NCBI GenBank assembly: GCA_052327205.1 | Contig: CM126207.1 | Location: 248,806,001 to 248,870,000, forward strand | Direction of reading: 5' to 3' | Source of the DNA: Somniosus microcephalus | Lineage: Eukaryota | DNA length: 64,000 bases | Shown: positions 12,906-26,560 of the stretch, piece after piece | How positions within the stretch are numbered: the stretch's first letter is position 1 | How the letters are laid out: every line of letters starts with the position of its first letter | Translations under genes and position numbers: made by a program | Notes under the pieces: model-generated | The model's input: only the letters and a program-made list of their open reading frames with translations | Databases searched by the model: none | Told to the model about the DNA's origin: nothing

Positions 12906-15900
12906 TTGCTCCACTTCTGATTCCCCTCCCTCTGTCAGCATCCCAGCTGAAATCAGCAGGTCAATGCATGGAATTTCACCAACAGGAATCGGCGTCATAC
13001 CACTCCAAGGAGCTACATTTGCAGCTGCTGTATAAGGCATATAACCTACATAATCAAGCAGGAGCAGGATTAAGTGTGGAGTAAGTCCTCTCCATAATGT
13101 GGTCTTAAGATGCCATAGTAAAAACATGCAATAACAAGAGACAACTTAAAAGGCCACATCATATATGGATCTTAACATTAAGCTGTGCGATACTGGCGTG
13201 CAAACACTTAACGCATTTATGCAAAATTATTCTCCACTGTTTTAATGCTGGTGTTAATCTGGAGCAATAAATAATGCAACTTCCATCAAAGGCAGTAGTA
13301 TATCAGAGTATATTACAGCGGAGAACAACTGTACCAAATATTGTAGAGAGCAGCTGACACCATTAGTGGGAATGGTCCATATATCCCATAAATCTGTTCC
13401 CAATGCTATACTATCAAATGGAAAATGACTTATTTATGTAAGTAAACATCATTTTGCCCTCTCTAACCTTTCTCCAGCCAAGGCTGAAATCCCTCGCTTA
13501 TTATGACCTTTTAACGATCAACAGACCATACCGCTGACCTCTTCCTGTGAGCAATAGCCTCCCTCTTTATTAATAAAGTGCATGAAAAATGTAATCTGCA
13601 GTCTGTATTGAAATACAGTGTGGCGCAGCAATTAAACAGGCAAGGGGCCAAGGGAGCATCCTCATTAACAGCAGAGCAGGGTCATCAGTCTGCAGCACCT
13701 ATCAGGCAACCGGACCACAGGATCTCATCAGTCTTACAAAAGCACCTCTGCACTTGGCAGGATTAATGTAGGTATGAATGTTTTAATCAGGGCACCGAGC
13801 ACTTCATTATCAACTTTGGGGTAGGGAGGCAGCGGGGGGGGGGGGGGGGAGGGGGGAAGAGAAGAGGAAGGAAAGGGAACCCTTGGTCGAGACAACTAAA
13901 AAATAAAATCATTAGTCACATGAACATTTTTAAACCGCACGCTTTTTAAAAATAAACAAACAGCAACAACTGATTTCTTTTGCCAGTACAGTTAGGGCAT
14001 CAGGGCTTTGGTTGCAGGCAGCCAATACAGGAAGGTGGCAGGACGCTACGCCACCACTGCATTCTTAAAATAAAACTTTCCGAGCGGCCTGTGCTCTGGG
14101 ATCATTAGGTGCACTTGATAAATTACGCCGTGTTTCTACTAATGAGGTCTTCAGTTCATTGTTGGATACCAGTAGCCTCTCCCAATTATACAAACTGTCG
14201 TAACTACACAAGCTATCAGCACGGAAACTATTGCAGAGATCTGTGGTGGGGTGGGGGAGGAGAGGGGCGCCTGTCGCTCCTGTGCCTTGACAATACAAAT
14301 CTTTCAATAATCAGAAAATGGTTTACGATGAACATTCTCAATTAAGTTGGTAAAATGTGGGCGGTTTATGATGCAGATAAATTGATGGCTTCCATCACTG
14401 TAAGAGAAGCTTGGCTTTTATTTTCATACATAAATAACACCAAATATTTGCTAATGAATGTAATTTCATTAACGGTGCATAATGTCACTGCAGAAGTCAA
14501 GCATTTGGTGAGAGTACACAAATCTGATAAATATCTTCAGACAAAAAGAAAGCCCGTAATGGATTTTGGTGGCACGTTTTATGCTACTCAATCACTGTTT
14601 TGCACCAGCAGAATGGCCGCAGACATTTTGTGTAAGTAACATATTAAATATCTTCCCACCATATGTTGAGCGTGTGGATGTGTCAGCTTCAGCTTTTAAT
14701 CTACAGACACTTATCACATATTCAAAAATATTAAAATACAAATAGAAAGCATTATTTTCTAGAGAGAACCAGGGAGAGAAAAAAGAAAATTCCCAGTGCT
14801 TTGGTGTTATTCCACATTCGTAAAATAAAAGCCTTGTGCACAGTCCCCTGGGTAAAACGATGCTACCTGTCAAATGTCAGGTTTGCCCAGTTCCCTTTGA
14901 TGAGCTGTTAGTTAGCACATCTAATTGCACCGACAAAGCTCAGCTGATTTGCAATTCATCATTAACTTTAAGCCTCTTGTCCCAATATTAAAAGTGAACA
15001 CTGCAAGTCTGGGGAGGACCGCTCGACACTCTTCCACTAATCCCTGGGCCATTTTGCCTCTGCTTCATCACCTTATTTCATACCTATGCCAAAGATCTTA
15101 AGGAGGAGAATCAGAACAGTAATATTTTTTTCCCTGCTCGCACATTTAACACGCACACACATACACAACTAGATAGACACACATGCACACAACCCAATGT
15201 GTGTGGGGAGGGTGCTAGCTGTGCACCTTTCATCATTAAATTATAGGAAGGATTGAGTAGCCATGGACTGAAAGGCTTGTCAGTGAGAAATAATTACTCC
15301 AAATGTGTCCTTTAACCTCTTTACTGCTGGAACTCAACAATACATTGCTGCATTTTAATCAAAACAGATCGGCCAGTTCACTAAAAACAGGCCCTGGGTG
15401 CTTTAGATATGCAAAGGGCAAAAGCCCAGACTTATACACAGCAGAACCATTTCTCATGAGGCAAAGCTACATTGCATTTCAAATCTTGATGTTTGTTTTA
15501 ATGTCACAATCTAATTTGTCATTGCACTGATCAATATTTTTTTGGTATTAAAATGCTGGAAAATAACAGCTTTTGCTGTTTTGGTTCTTCCAAACAAGAC
15601 ATTTGCATTTTAATCTTACGGATTTCTGGAAATAATTTCAGCCATTCATTTGATGTGATGAAATGAGTATAAAAATAAAGATAAAATTCAAAAGCATTTC
15701 TACTAGAGAGAGAACACATAGGTAAATATTGTTATTTCCAATTAGCTGGTCAGTGCTCTATAAATAAAAATGCTAGTCCAACCCTTGCCCTCACCCAGCT
15801 ATCAAATCCTTTCACAGGGAATGAAATCTCAGGCTCATTTTATTTGTTTTATTGAAAAAGAAGACAGTGCATCTGCACTGAGGATTACCATAGCTGTTCT

Positions 15901-17574
15901 CGTGATCTGTCAGATTCAAATCAGCAGAATATTATTTATTCATTTCCTCCAGCCTCCTGGACAAAGTTTCAGTTAAGTTTATGGAAAAAAAATAATACAA
16001 TTTGCAGTATAATTTTATAAAAATCTTAATTTTTAATGGATTAAATTTTTTCTTCATAGGCAAATATAAAGATTACAGTTCATTTCCTCTGAAGTAGTCA
16101 TCCTCTGATAATTTATTTGAAGTTCCTCAATCATTATGACAAGGATCGACAAATAAAAGAGAAGGATCTGACTGGTGACAGTGTTGAAGTACAACCTATT
16201 AAGGCCCCAGAAAAGGGATACTGTCTCTTTAAATATCTCTTCCTTTAAATATACTTTAGGGCATGACAAAGATTTCCTCATTTCCTTTTAAGAGTGCTTC
16301 ACTGAACAGTGTAGTTCAGAGATCGATGCAGTGATTGGCAGCTAATGTTTTTTCCCTGTTATGTCTTAGTAAATTCAGTCTGACAGCTGTTCTTACTGAT
16401 CAAAAATGGCAAAGGTTCTTTGATTTTTGTATATAAAAAGCTGTAAACAGCGCTGAAGAAATGTCTTAATTGTGTCTAACAACTTAAAAAGGCAACGCCA
16501 AGTAGATGAGATTTTAAACTTTGGGTGCATTGCCCTAAATCTAACATTGTGCCCAGAGAAGGCCTTAGAAAGCACACAATGTGTTTACATACCCTTTCGC
16601 ATACTGCAGCTTTGATAGAACCCTGATACAATCAAATTCAAGTTCTTCTGATTCACACAAACTGCTGCCAGGTCCCAATTCTACTCTTGTGTTCTGTGTA
16701 AAGTATAGGAGGTATTTGCAACTTCTGTCCTACCTGATATATTCCATTCGTGAAGAGGCTTACTGCACAGCAACGGTTTGATATTGATTAGTTACATAAG
16801 AGACTGGTGTATATACGATGAAGGGGTGGTTTAGTTATACTGGTCAGCCTCCCACAAAGGATTAGGAAGAGAATCAAATCCCATGCAATAAGAACAATGC
16901 TAGGGCAACAACTACAACATTACCTGAAGTGGTTTAAATCAGTGTTATAAGGCTGGAATGAAGAGAATTCATTGTTGTGGAGGGAGCAGAGAATGACTGA
17001 TTTCGCCAACAGTCCTGATAGGAGCCAAAAGCCCAGCAGGCAAAAAGGGAGGAATTGCAAAGTGCTTCGAGAGCAACTTTTGGCTTCTCAGATGAAATAG
17101 TATCGTGTAACTTTTATGGCATTCTAAGTTACACAGCTGGAGGAGATGAACAAAGGCAGTTCGAGGGAGGCAAATAGTTGCGTGTGGATCTATTTGTGTG
17201 ATGTGCATAGGTGGATCAAGGAGGAATCTCCTAGTCATTAGAAGAACACGCTGGTCATCTTCAATTTTAAAATATCTGCTGGAATCTGACGCGGTGACAA
17301 AGATTATCCGACATATAACACTGTGCTCTCGCGGACGGCCGGGTGGTACACTTTTCTTTCACTTCTGGGCTTTGGTTCAACTCAAGCCCAAAATAGTACG
17401 ATGAGAGTTTCCACTGCCTACTGTAAGGGCACTTAATAAAATAAGTTATAATATTCTAAACCCTGTGAGTCTACTGCTCAAAGCTCCCTACAATCTGGTA
17501 CAAACTAGCACTAAAATGGTCATGTCACCTCTGAAGGCAGAAGAGATGCCTGATATGGGAACTGGTAATGCCAC

Positions 17575-17760
17575 ACTGGTGCAGCATGAGGGGCTCCTTT
17601 GATGATGGGATTAAGCCCCATTGTTGTGACAGAGTTTTACACTACAGCTAACTATGCTGTATCTGACCTGGGAATGTTTGATGTTGACACTGGATGCCAA
17701 AAATGTAAAAGTATCCCATTCCCTAGCACTGACATCCCTCACCTTAATAAGCACAAAAAA
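17575..17760 (+). mobile_element. 3' fragment of an LF-SINE-like element
   Basis: ccattccctagcactgacatccctcacctt...cacaaaaaa matches the 3' end of 51612-51994. Confidence 0.5.
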
Positions 17761-20759
17761 CATCCTCTTTCCAAATTGCTGTCTTGTCATTTGTTGGAAC
17801 TCAGTATTGCCGTAACTCCAATTTAAAATATAAATTAAACTTTTAACAATGTGATAAAACATATTTGCACTATTGATTTTACAAATTATCTTCTGTACTG
17901 TGATTCTTACTTTTCATCAAACAGTCAGACTAGTCATTATATATTTAATCACCAGTGGGGGGAGGGGTACGAATGACTTCAACATTAGTCACTTCCATAA
18001 TGATAGGTTTTCTTATTCTAGGTGCTGACAGTAACATAGTCTCTCACAAACAACCTCCGATTTCAGTGCTGGAAGTGCCAACAAAAGGTGAACACGGCTT
18101 TCAAACATGAGCAGTCCCACTCTCATTAATATTTGTGTCATTGTCTAACAAAGCACACATCTGTGACTCACACAACTTTCTGTTCGCACAATATATATAT
18201 ACTATATACACACACAACTCCATTTAGAAGGATCACTAATCAGTGAATATTTGTGCTAAGTAAACAGAAGAGTTTCCACTCCAAACACAATCATTTCAGA
18301 AATTACACAGAAAAACGTACTAACATTGCTTGTAAATTCCTGACGAGTGATTAAAGGCAGGAAGCATCCATATTAAACCTACGGGATCTTTTGTGGGTTA
18401 GAAATTCTCTTTTTAAATCATTTATTTATTCTGGTCTTCTCTGGACTCAGCCCACGGATCATGCACAAGCATATTTGAAGGTGGCTCCTTTAACTGCACA
18501 AAGACTGCAGTAAAAGTTTTCCCCTTAAAATAAAAAAAAAAGAATTTACTGCTCATTTGATTTCTGATGTAACCATATTCTAAATATTACTGGTAATCAG
18601 ATGTTTACAACACATCTTAGCAAAGTGCATCATAAAGAACTGGTTTGTTTTTGAAAATATTCACAACAACTTCAACCTCATTTCATTTTTTCAAATGTTG
18701 ACTGCACCAGTGGAATCGGATCAGCTGCAAGGTTTGCTGCTAAGCATCTGTTTTTTCCACCTATGAAGCTCTCAGACTCAAATACAGGGGCTCACTCACT
18801 AATTCCACCCCCAAGTATATTTTGCATCAGTGGACAGCAAATAGTACAGGAAGGCAATTAATTAATCATCACTCAAACCAGATTCTGAGTTTGTAAAAAA
18901 AAAGGCATTTAAACACAGTAAACAAACAGTGGACACGGCACTGTATGCAAAGGTGGAGTGGCTGAAGCATTTCAGGATTTCATGTTTGACTGCACTTTCT
19001 CTGTCCATAGGGACCAATCTTCTCCTGCCCTAAGTCCCTTAAAGCCCTTGGCTTGTGAACACATCCCTCATAGAGATGGGGCAGACTCCTCGCTTGAAGC
19101 TGGTACACGGTTTTCTTTTAAATGGTCTTTTAACAAGCATCCGATTGAACCCTCAAAGGCCCACTAGTACCTCTTCTTAAGCACCAGGTCAGGAAGAGAG
19201 CGACAGGATTCAGAAGTGTTACCCTATTTTCAACTCCGGTTTGATTTAAAGGGACAGTGAACATGATTGGATCTGCCTCAATTATTATTCCAAAGTACTT
19301 TTAAAAATAAAATAAAAACCTGCTTCATATTATTAATAATTTAAAGATTGCAACAGAATAAAAAAATTTAAATAAAAAAATCTTCCAATGCAACAGGGAA
19401 GGTTGCTACTTAAATTGTGTTTCAAAACCTGGGCATTGTCTTGCATGAAGAGCACACACGGCAGACTACAGGGTGCTTTAGCGACCAGAGCAGGGACGTC
19501 AAAGATTTAAAAAGATAACAGTATTTATTTTAAATCACCTGTTACCCCGACATTAGTACTGCAGCTGGCTGTGACCCCCATCTTCCCAGCTTGTAGTTCT
19601 TACTCATTATACGATTTGACTAACTTTCTGAAGCCATCTCTACCCTGGGAAGGAAGAGCAGCGGTTTCATTTTTGATGGGGCAAAAAATGGGACTAACGG
19701 AAGTTGAAAATAGGGCAACAAATGCCCTTCTCTTTTCTTTGCCTCACTCACTGAGGTCTGTGAGGGGAGGAGAGAGGGAGGAAGGAAAAAAATAAATGAT
19801 CTTTTATAGGCGTCTTGGACTGGGAGGTGGCCTACCTCTGCCCACAATGATGGGGTGTACCACCTAAAATGTAATACAATGTAATGCAGTAACTCCTCTT
19901 TAGTGAATGCTAGAAATTAAAGTAGAACAAATGAAGGGCATTGTAAAAACGGTCAGTGTGCCACAGTACCCAAAAAATAGGATTTATCCCTCTGCCTTAC
20001 ACACCTCTGGGTAGTGGACTCACTTCACCTTCCATTCTTTATGATATTACTCCACTCCCCGCCACCCCCACCCTGAACCCCCAGTCGAGATGTCCACCAC
20101 CCTAGCCAGCCTGTTATTAACAGTCCCATTAACAAATAGCATTACCGGTATCCTGGAACTTGTGCTAATATGTATAGTCCCTCAGAGAACCATCTGCTGC
20201 TCCCTACACAGCAAAAGAGCTCCATCAATGGACAGAGCTTTACAAAACAAAAACCCCTCATACCGGTAAGCATGGGAAAGTGGGACCGATTTTTCATTGC
20301 TATCTCCTCACAGCAATCTTTGATAGGAATATTCAGTATCAGATGTTCAGTGCAGTCAATTTCACATAAGGAAATACTACGTTAGTGACCATTTATTTAA
20401 GATCAAAAAATATTTTTTTAAACTTTGTTGACACACACTGTACTAATTTGTATTAACTGGACACATCTGTCTATCAATTCTGGTCGTTCATATCTGTAGT
20501 CAAGTTCCATATTTTACTCCATATAGTTTTAATTAAATAAAACAAGTTTCAGCCAGACTAAACAGCACAGCTTAGAAACAAGTAGAAATGAGATAAAGAG
20601 ACCATGTAGGGCCTTGATGTCACTGTGAGTTTATACAGCAAGTAACTGAGGCACACAGAGCATAAAGATCCCCAGTCCAGTCACAGCCAGAATGGCATTT
20701 GGGGCACTGTAATTGACTTCGCCTCCTTTGGCTTGGGAAGAGAAAAACATTGGCCAGAG

Positions 20760-20902
20760 GACACAAAAGGCATCAAGGGGTATGGGGAGAGAGCGGGAAT
20801 ATGGTATTGTGATCGAGGATCAGCCGTGATCATATTGAATGGCGGAGCAGGCTCGAAGGGCCGAATGGCCTACTCCTGCTCCTATTTTTCTATGCTTCTA
20901 TA
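20760..20902 (+). mobile_element. CR1 3' terminal fragment
   Basis: ggcatcaaggggtatggggag...gatcagccgtgatcatattgaatggcggagcaggctcgaagggccgaatggcctactcctgctcctat + ttctatg tail, the same 3' UTR as the copies at 26561 and 63060. Confidence 0.88.
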
Positions 20903-23900
20903 TTTCTAGGAGGAATAAGCAGACCATGTAATACACGGTAAAAGCTGTAACTTTTAAATGCGACCAAGGCAGTCGAACAAAATGGATGGTATCCCTTTGT
21001 TCCAATGGAAGTGTAAACATTATTTATACATCTGAATGCAGTGCTTGCTGTACAGTAACCTGCTGCTGCTAGAAAATGCAAATGTGCGAAACCACTGAAG
21101 TGAGAGTTGTCTGACCTCTTTCAACCATCTGTGTCTGTAACAAGAAAGAGTGGAATTCACAAACCCCCTTCTGTTTACCTGCAATTTTAATGACCTCCTC
21201 TCTTAAATCAAATCATACGGTTCCTATAAAGGTACTGTATTCATTTAAAAAAAATTTAAAAGAATATTTCTTGATGAGAAAACAAGGTGTGAAAGATATT
21301 TTCCAGAGCAACAATGAAAACCAGATGACAATCTTTCTACCGCAGGAGAGCTTTATTACAAAAGGATGTAATCTTCAAACACTTCTCGGCTGCTTAGGAA
21401 CGAAAATGGAGAAAACATGAGCACACAATGGCAGGTGATTTATAGACTGCAGGCATGCAGAGCGAAAGCAGCCAACAATTAGGCAAAAAATTGTTATTAA
21501 TACATGAGAAAGGTCTAAAGCATTCCGAGGACACACAAAAAGTCCAGACCAAGAAAAAAAGGAAAGAAATTAATCAACGTGAAAATATTTGGAATTGTGT
21601 AAGACTTGTTGGATGAAGATGGAAATGCACAGTGCAGAAATATTTTATTGCTAATCCTTTCAGGTTTTTCCAAATACATATTTCCCCATTCTGGCCCCCC
21701 CCCCCCCGCCCACCCCGTCCTTTTTAAGGTGCCAACACTGCTTTCATCTTCCCTCTCCAGTCTTTCCTAAGTAACTTGATGGGAATCTGTAATAAACGAA
21801 CAAAAGGTATGGTCCTGTCAGAAGGTTAAAGGGGAGGCAAGAGGTCCTTCTCACCAGTGAAATATCATTCCAATCCTCATATGTGATATTCTATTTCTTT
21901 TACATCTGTGACTTTTCACTGTTATCCTGTTGCTAAAAAAAATTGGGGGGCACATTGAGAGATTAATGGGCAGATCACATTCCATGCAGCTGTTATGCAC
22001 ATGGAGTGCAGCAAGTAACCAGTGTTCTGACACTATCCTCCAACTGCTGCCATTGACCAACAGAGCATAATCTGCAGGATACAATGGCTTTTGCTTGCAC
22101 GGTGGAATTGTTTTCAAAGGAAGAATACGCAAAGCTTCACTCCACTACTACCTTTCCCACCAGCTCAAAGATAAAATCATTTTTGTTTTTCTTTTAAATC
22201 ACGGAGTTTGTTTAAGACACCTAATTCAACCTCAAAAAGAAAAGAAAAACAGGATGCATTCTAAAAAGAATGGCGTTCTTCGCTTCACTATACTGTACTT
22301 GCAAAATGGTATTAATCTACAAAACACAACTTTTACTAATTCTGTAGGATTATTGTTCCCTGTGTCTATTTCTAGTTCTGAAGGATTGCAATTGCACCTT
22401 TTCTTCTTTCCTCATCACTGTCTTTCTTTTCCAGGATCCCCAATTTTCTTCCCTCCCCCCCCCCCCCCCCCGCGAAGGCAATGGCTTGTGCTGAGGTGCA
22501 GTTCCAAAGGTGCTGAGAGCCGACCCCTACTTTGCCTTATTTTTCATGCGTGGGTCTGGACATTGCGTGTAGAGAGGTTATTGGAATACAGGGGGCCTCA
22601 TAGCCGAGTCTGATCCTATGTTCATCCAGTGTCTACAGACATACTTTCCAGGAGAGGTCAGCGGATAGTAATCAGGAACAATACATAAATCAATCACTGC
22701 CATCCCTGCACTGTCATTTTACTGACGATTACTGCTCTCACATTCTACTCAGGAACCATTTTAGATCTACTGTTTTTTTTAAAAAGGTGGGTGAGGGGGT
22801 AGGAGTAGGAAACACTGAGAAACATCCAAACTACTCAGGGTTTGTTTATTTAGCTTTACCTATATTGTGGAATATCTCTTTTCTCCACCATTTCTTCCCT
22901 TACACTTCCTCTTTTTAAAAGGCAGTCCTGTTATATCTCAAGCAAATGGACATTCTTCACATCAGCCTGGATGATAAGTGACAATGTACTTACCATTCAA
23001 CCATGCGAGGACATAATAGCCAAACCCAAATGAGATACACTTTCAATTTTCAAACAAACTCCTTACTTAAGATGCAGGTTCCTCAAAACTACAAGACACA
23101 CAGACCGACAAACAGTAGCAGTTTAATACAGTGCCCTTTCAGGCTTCCCTGAAAAGTAAGTGGCATTTTGTTTATTTCCATTGTGATGAAGTAACACTAC
23201 ATATACTGTAAAAATCTTGCTCAAAGACACTGAATTAATGACAGAATTTGAAAGCTCTGCAAGTGAAGGCTGAAGGTTCAATAATCGCCTTCATCACAGC
23301 AATGCCTTCGATAGTTAACACCCATTTACGTGCTAACCACACAAAAACAGCACACCAGAAGTAAAAAATTTTTAAAAAGCCTACAAATGACATCAAATGG
23401 GCTGGCATTAAATCAAACCAGCAGGATTTCGAACACTCAGGCATCTTTGTGTTTTTTTACTTCAAAGGCTAATGATCAGCCTTTTACCTTAAGGCTCAAG
23501 ACCTAAGTAAACTAGCTGTGAACAAATTGGGAGATTATAAAATTTAATTCTCTCCATATCGTAAATGAATAAGTCTGCTTCAAAAAGCTGTACATTTGTG
23601 TGGTGTCACAATTTATTGGAATTCATGAAAGGGTCACAGTGATTTTTTTAAAGTTATTTTGTACTCTTTTGGAAAAATATGTAATTTAGTCAGAGGATTC
23701 TTCCAATTCGTTCTTCTGAGGCAGTTTTAAAACTATTAAAGGCTGCCGTTAAAATAGAAGTACCGCCATTAAGTTTTAGTTACTTTAAGTGCTCCAGGTT
23801 AATATTTCAAAGAGTTGTTATTTTACAAATTGCAATGGCAATTGATATTTGGAAGTGAGTTTTTTTTTTACACACACCCACCTAGTGAAACTGTGAATTA

Positions 23901-24346
23901 ATTCTTTATACTCATGCTTAGGATTTTGATACAAGTAGCAAACAGTGGGGGGGATCTTCCACCTGGTGCATTAAAATCTTACACAGAAAAGGACAAAAAA
24001 AATCCCAGAATATCATGTGGAGACTATTGCTGCTCAGACTCAGTGATTGCTTCTATCACAGGCAGGATCTGCATCTGTCTTTTAAATTTGAGTTCAATTT
24101 TAGATAACCCTTTAGCAAAGTGCTTCTCCTGAATAAGAATATGCCCGTGACTGTTACACATTATTGGTTCGTGTACATCTACTGGCTGCTAGAATTGCAC
24201 TTTTCAATTACCTGAAGAATGAGACCTAAAATAAAATTAATACATCCATTAAAAATAACATAGCATAGAACTGACATGGAGCTCCACAGTGGAACTTCAA
24301 TTCAGCAATACTGGTGACGTCATAAACCATTAACAAACAAACTCCA

Positions 24347-24570
24347 ATACAAAAAGAAAATACTGCAGATGCTGGAAATCTGAAATAAAAACAGAAAATG
24401 CTGGAAATACTCAGCAGGTCAGGCAGCATCTGTGAAGAGAGAAACAGAGTTAATGTTTCAGGTCGATGACCTTTCTGACAAAAGGTCATCAACCTGAAAC
24501 GTGAACTCTGTTTCTCTCTTCACAGATGCTGCTGGACTCGCTGAGTATTTCTAGCATTTTCTGTTTTTAT
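24347..24570. mobile_element. Palindromic non-autonomous retroelement (Penelope-associated type) with a 90-bp-arm hairpin and a 15-bp TSD
   Basis: Arms 24385-24474 and 24481-24570 are near-perfect reverse complements. The flanks are AACAAACAAACTCCA (24332-24346) and AATAAACAAACTCCA (24571-24585). Confidence 0.75.
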
Positions 24571-26560
24571 AATAAACAAACTCCAGTGGTTTATGAACTC
24601 CCAGATTGCATTATTGATTTAAACTTTGTTCTTTATGATATAAAGGAGATTCCGCATTAAAAACAATCTTTGCATTTAGTTTTTCTTATTGTCATGTTGT
24701 GACTACTCGAAACACAGTAGACATGGCACAGTATCGATGATACAGTAACAAATCTGTTGGTGGCATGGGACCTGAAGGTTTGAGTCATATGATTGGTACA
24801 GCAGTGTTATTTGGATTTTTTTGGCAGTAGATTAGCAGGAAATAATTATTTTAATTATTAGTTACTAAGAAGGCAAAATAATCTTTTATGGAAGAGAGTC
24901 AGTCAATATTCTTGCTTCATTATGCTGAGCATTGCAGCCCTCAGCCTGAAAGTCAATCTCTGAACTTGACTACTTCTTCATTTGAAAAAAATGTGTCATC
25001 AGCGCTTTTTGAAACATTCCAAGCTGACTGCTGATGAAGGTTTTAGTGTGGAGCCAGAGTTTACCTCTACTCCCTGCACCACACATTTGGGTTCCTCTGA
25101 TTCCATGGTATAGGACTTAGGTTGAGGTTGGTACGCGTTGAAACTTAAAAATCTAAACCTGGGCCAGTCCACTCCATTCTACAAAAAACACCCTACAACT
25201 TTGTAACAAGCATGTGCCAATCATGTACCCAATATCTTACATTTTCTTTGGTCAAAAGACTTGTAACACACCCTCACTGGAGTCACATCACAAGGTTGAG
25301 AGATAGTTTGAAAAAATGGTAAGCTGTCAGAAGTTTATAGCCACCATGAATAAAAAATGTAATTTTGGCCTCAAGCTTTGCTTTTGCCTTGACATCATCA
25401 GGACACTCTATTATTGCCTCCTCTCCATAGCAGTCATTTATTTACAAATGCTCACAAAAAGAGGAGATATCAGGGCATCAAACAGAAAGAAAATTTAAAA
25501 AACACATTCTCTTGTGGCAGTCGAGTTGCATGCCTGTTAAAACACGCTATATATAGCACCATCCCCTTGCACTAAATTATTACATTAGCCCTGATTTGAT
25601 CTGTGGAGATGCCTCTTATCTCATGAAATCTGGGAAAATCCAAACAAAGAATAAACAAAGGATAAGCCCCTCCCAATGATATTCTGATAAAACTGGAGAT
25701 GCTAAAGAGGTTACTCTCCCAAACACACCCTTAAGCTACCTTTAAAGTACCATATACATGCCACAGAATAATGTCTAGACATTCACCTCCGGATCTGTGT
25801 TGACGTGTAATGATACTGGCAGACCACTAAGCTGCTCTCTCTCCTCTTTCACAGCTCAGGTTCCAAAGAGACTAAAGAATGCCAACAATAAGAATTAGAC
25901 GGACAAATCATTAATTTATGAGAGGAGTGCATCCGCTCGCTAATTAAAGTATATTCTCAACAAAGTTCCAATTATTAGTCAATGACCTCATCCTCAGGCT
26001 AACCATTCTGTTTGTGTGAAGGTGTCACTAGCAAGGAGGCTTCAAGCACCATCATTGCATTAAAAAACACACAGGAGCTCATTTCTGCCTTACTATAGTG
26101 TTTTTCTATTAAGATCCCGATAAAGCACTTGTATTAAAACTGTTGGTTGCTGTTTTTCAGAATTTAATTAACATTTTTATATAATGGCACAATTTAACAG
26201 AGCAGTTGCCAATTAAATATTCTTCTTTCTTTCACCATCAATGACATTTTAAAACAGCCCGAACTTTCAAGTCAAAATGTGGCTAGATTTTTTTTCTGCA
26301 GGAGCAGGGATGGTTGGGCTATAGAATAAGTATCACATTATGGGAGGTTGGAACCAAGTATTAAATACTCTCATCAAATTCGTTAGATTTCTGATTGGAA
26401 TTCCGTACTGTTGAAACAGAATACGAAGAAAAGCAATATTTTGTGGAAGTTATCAAAGGTTAGGAACTGAGAAGGGACAAAATGCATATTTAATTTTTGA
26501 CACAGGTCTATCACTGCACTATTTATTAAAAAAAAGAGACAAAACAGTAACAGTTATTTT

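Noticed and set aside
12484-13127. Repetitive Cys/His-rich ORFs (MSHLGCCTCLTW...)
   Set aside because: They are translations of the 23-bp minisatellite.
13820-13860. G/C homopolymer runs as functional G-quadruplexes (also ~21695, 22455, 31803, 46590)
   Set aside because: Such runs recur throughout the window with no positional pattern, and homopolymer lengths are error-prone.
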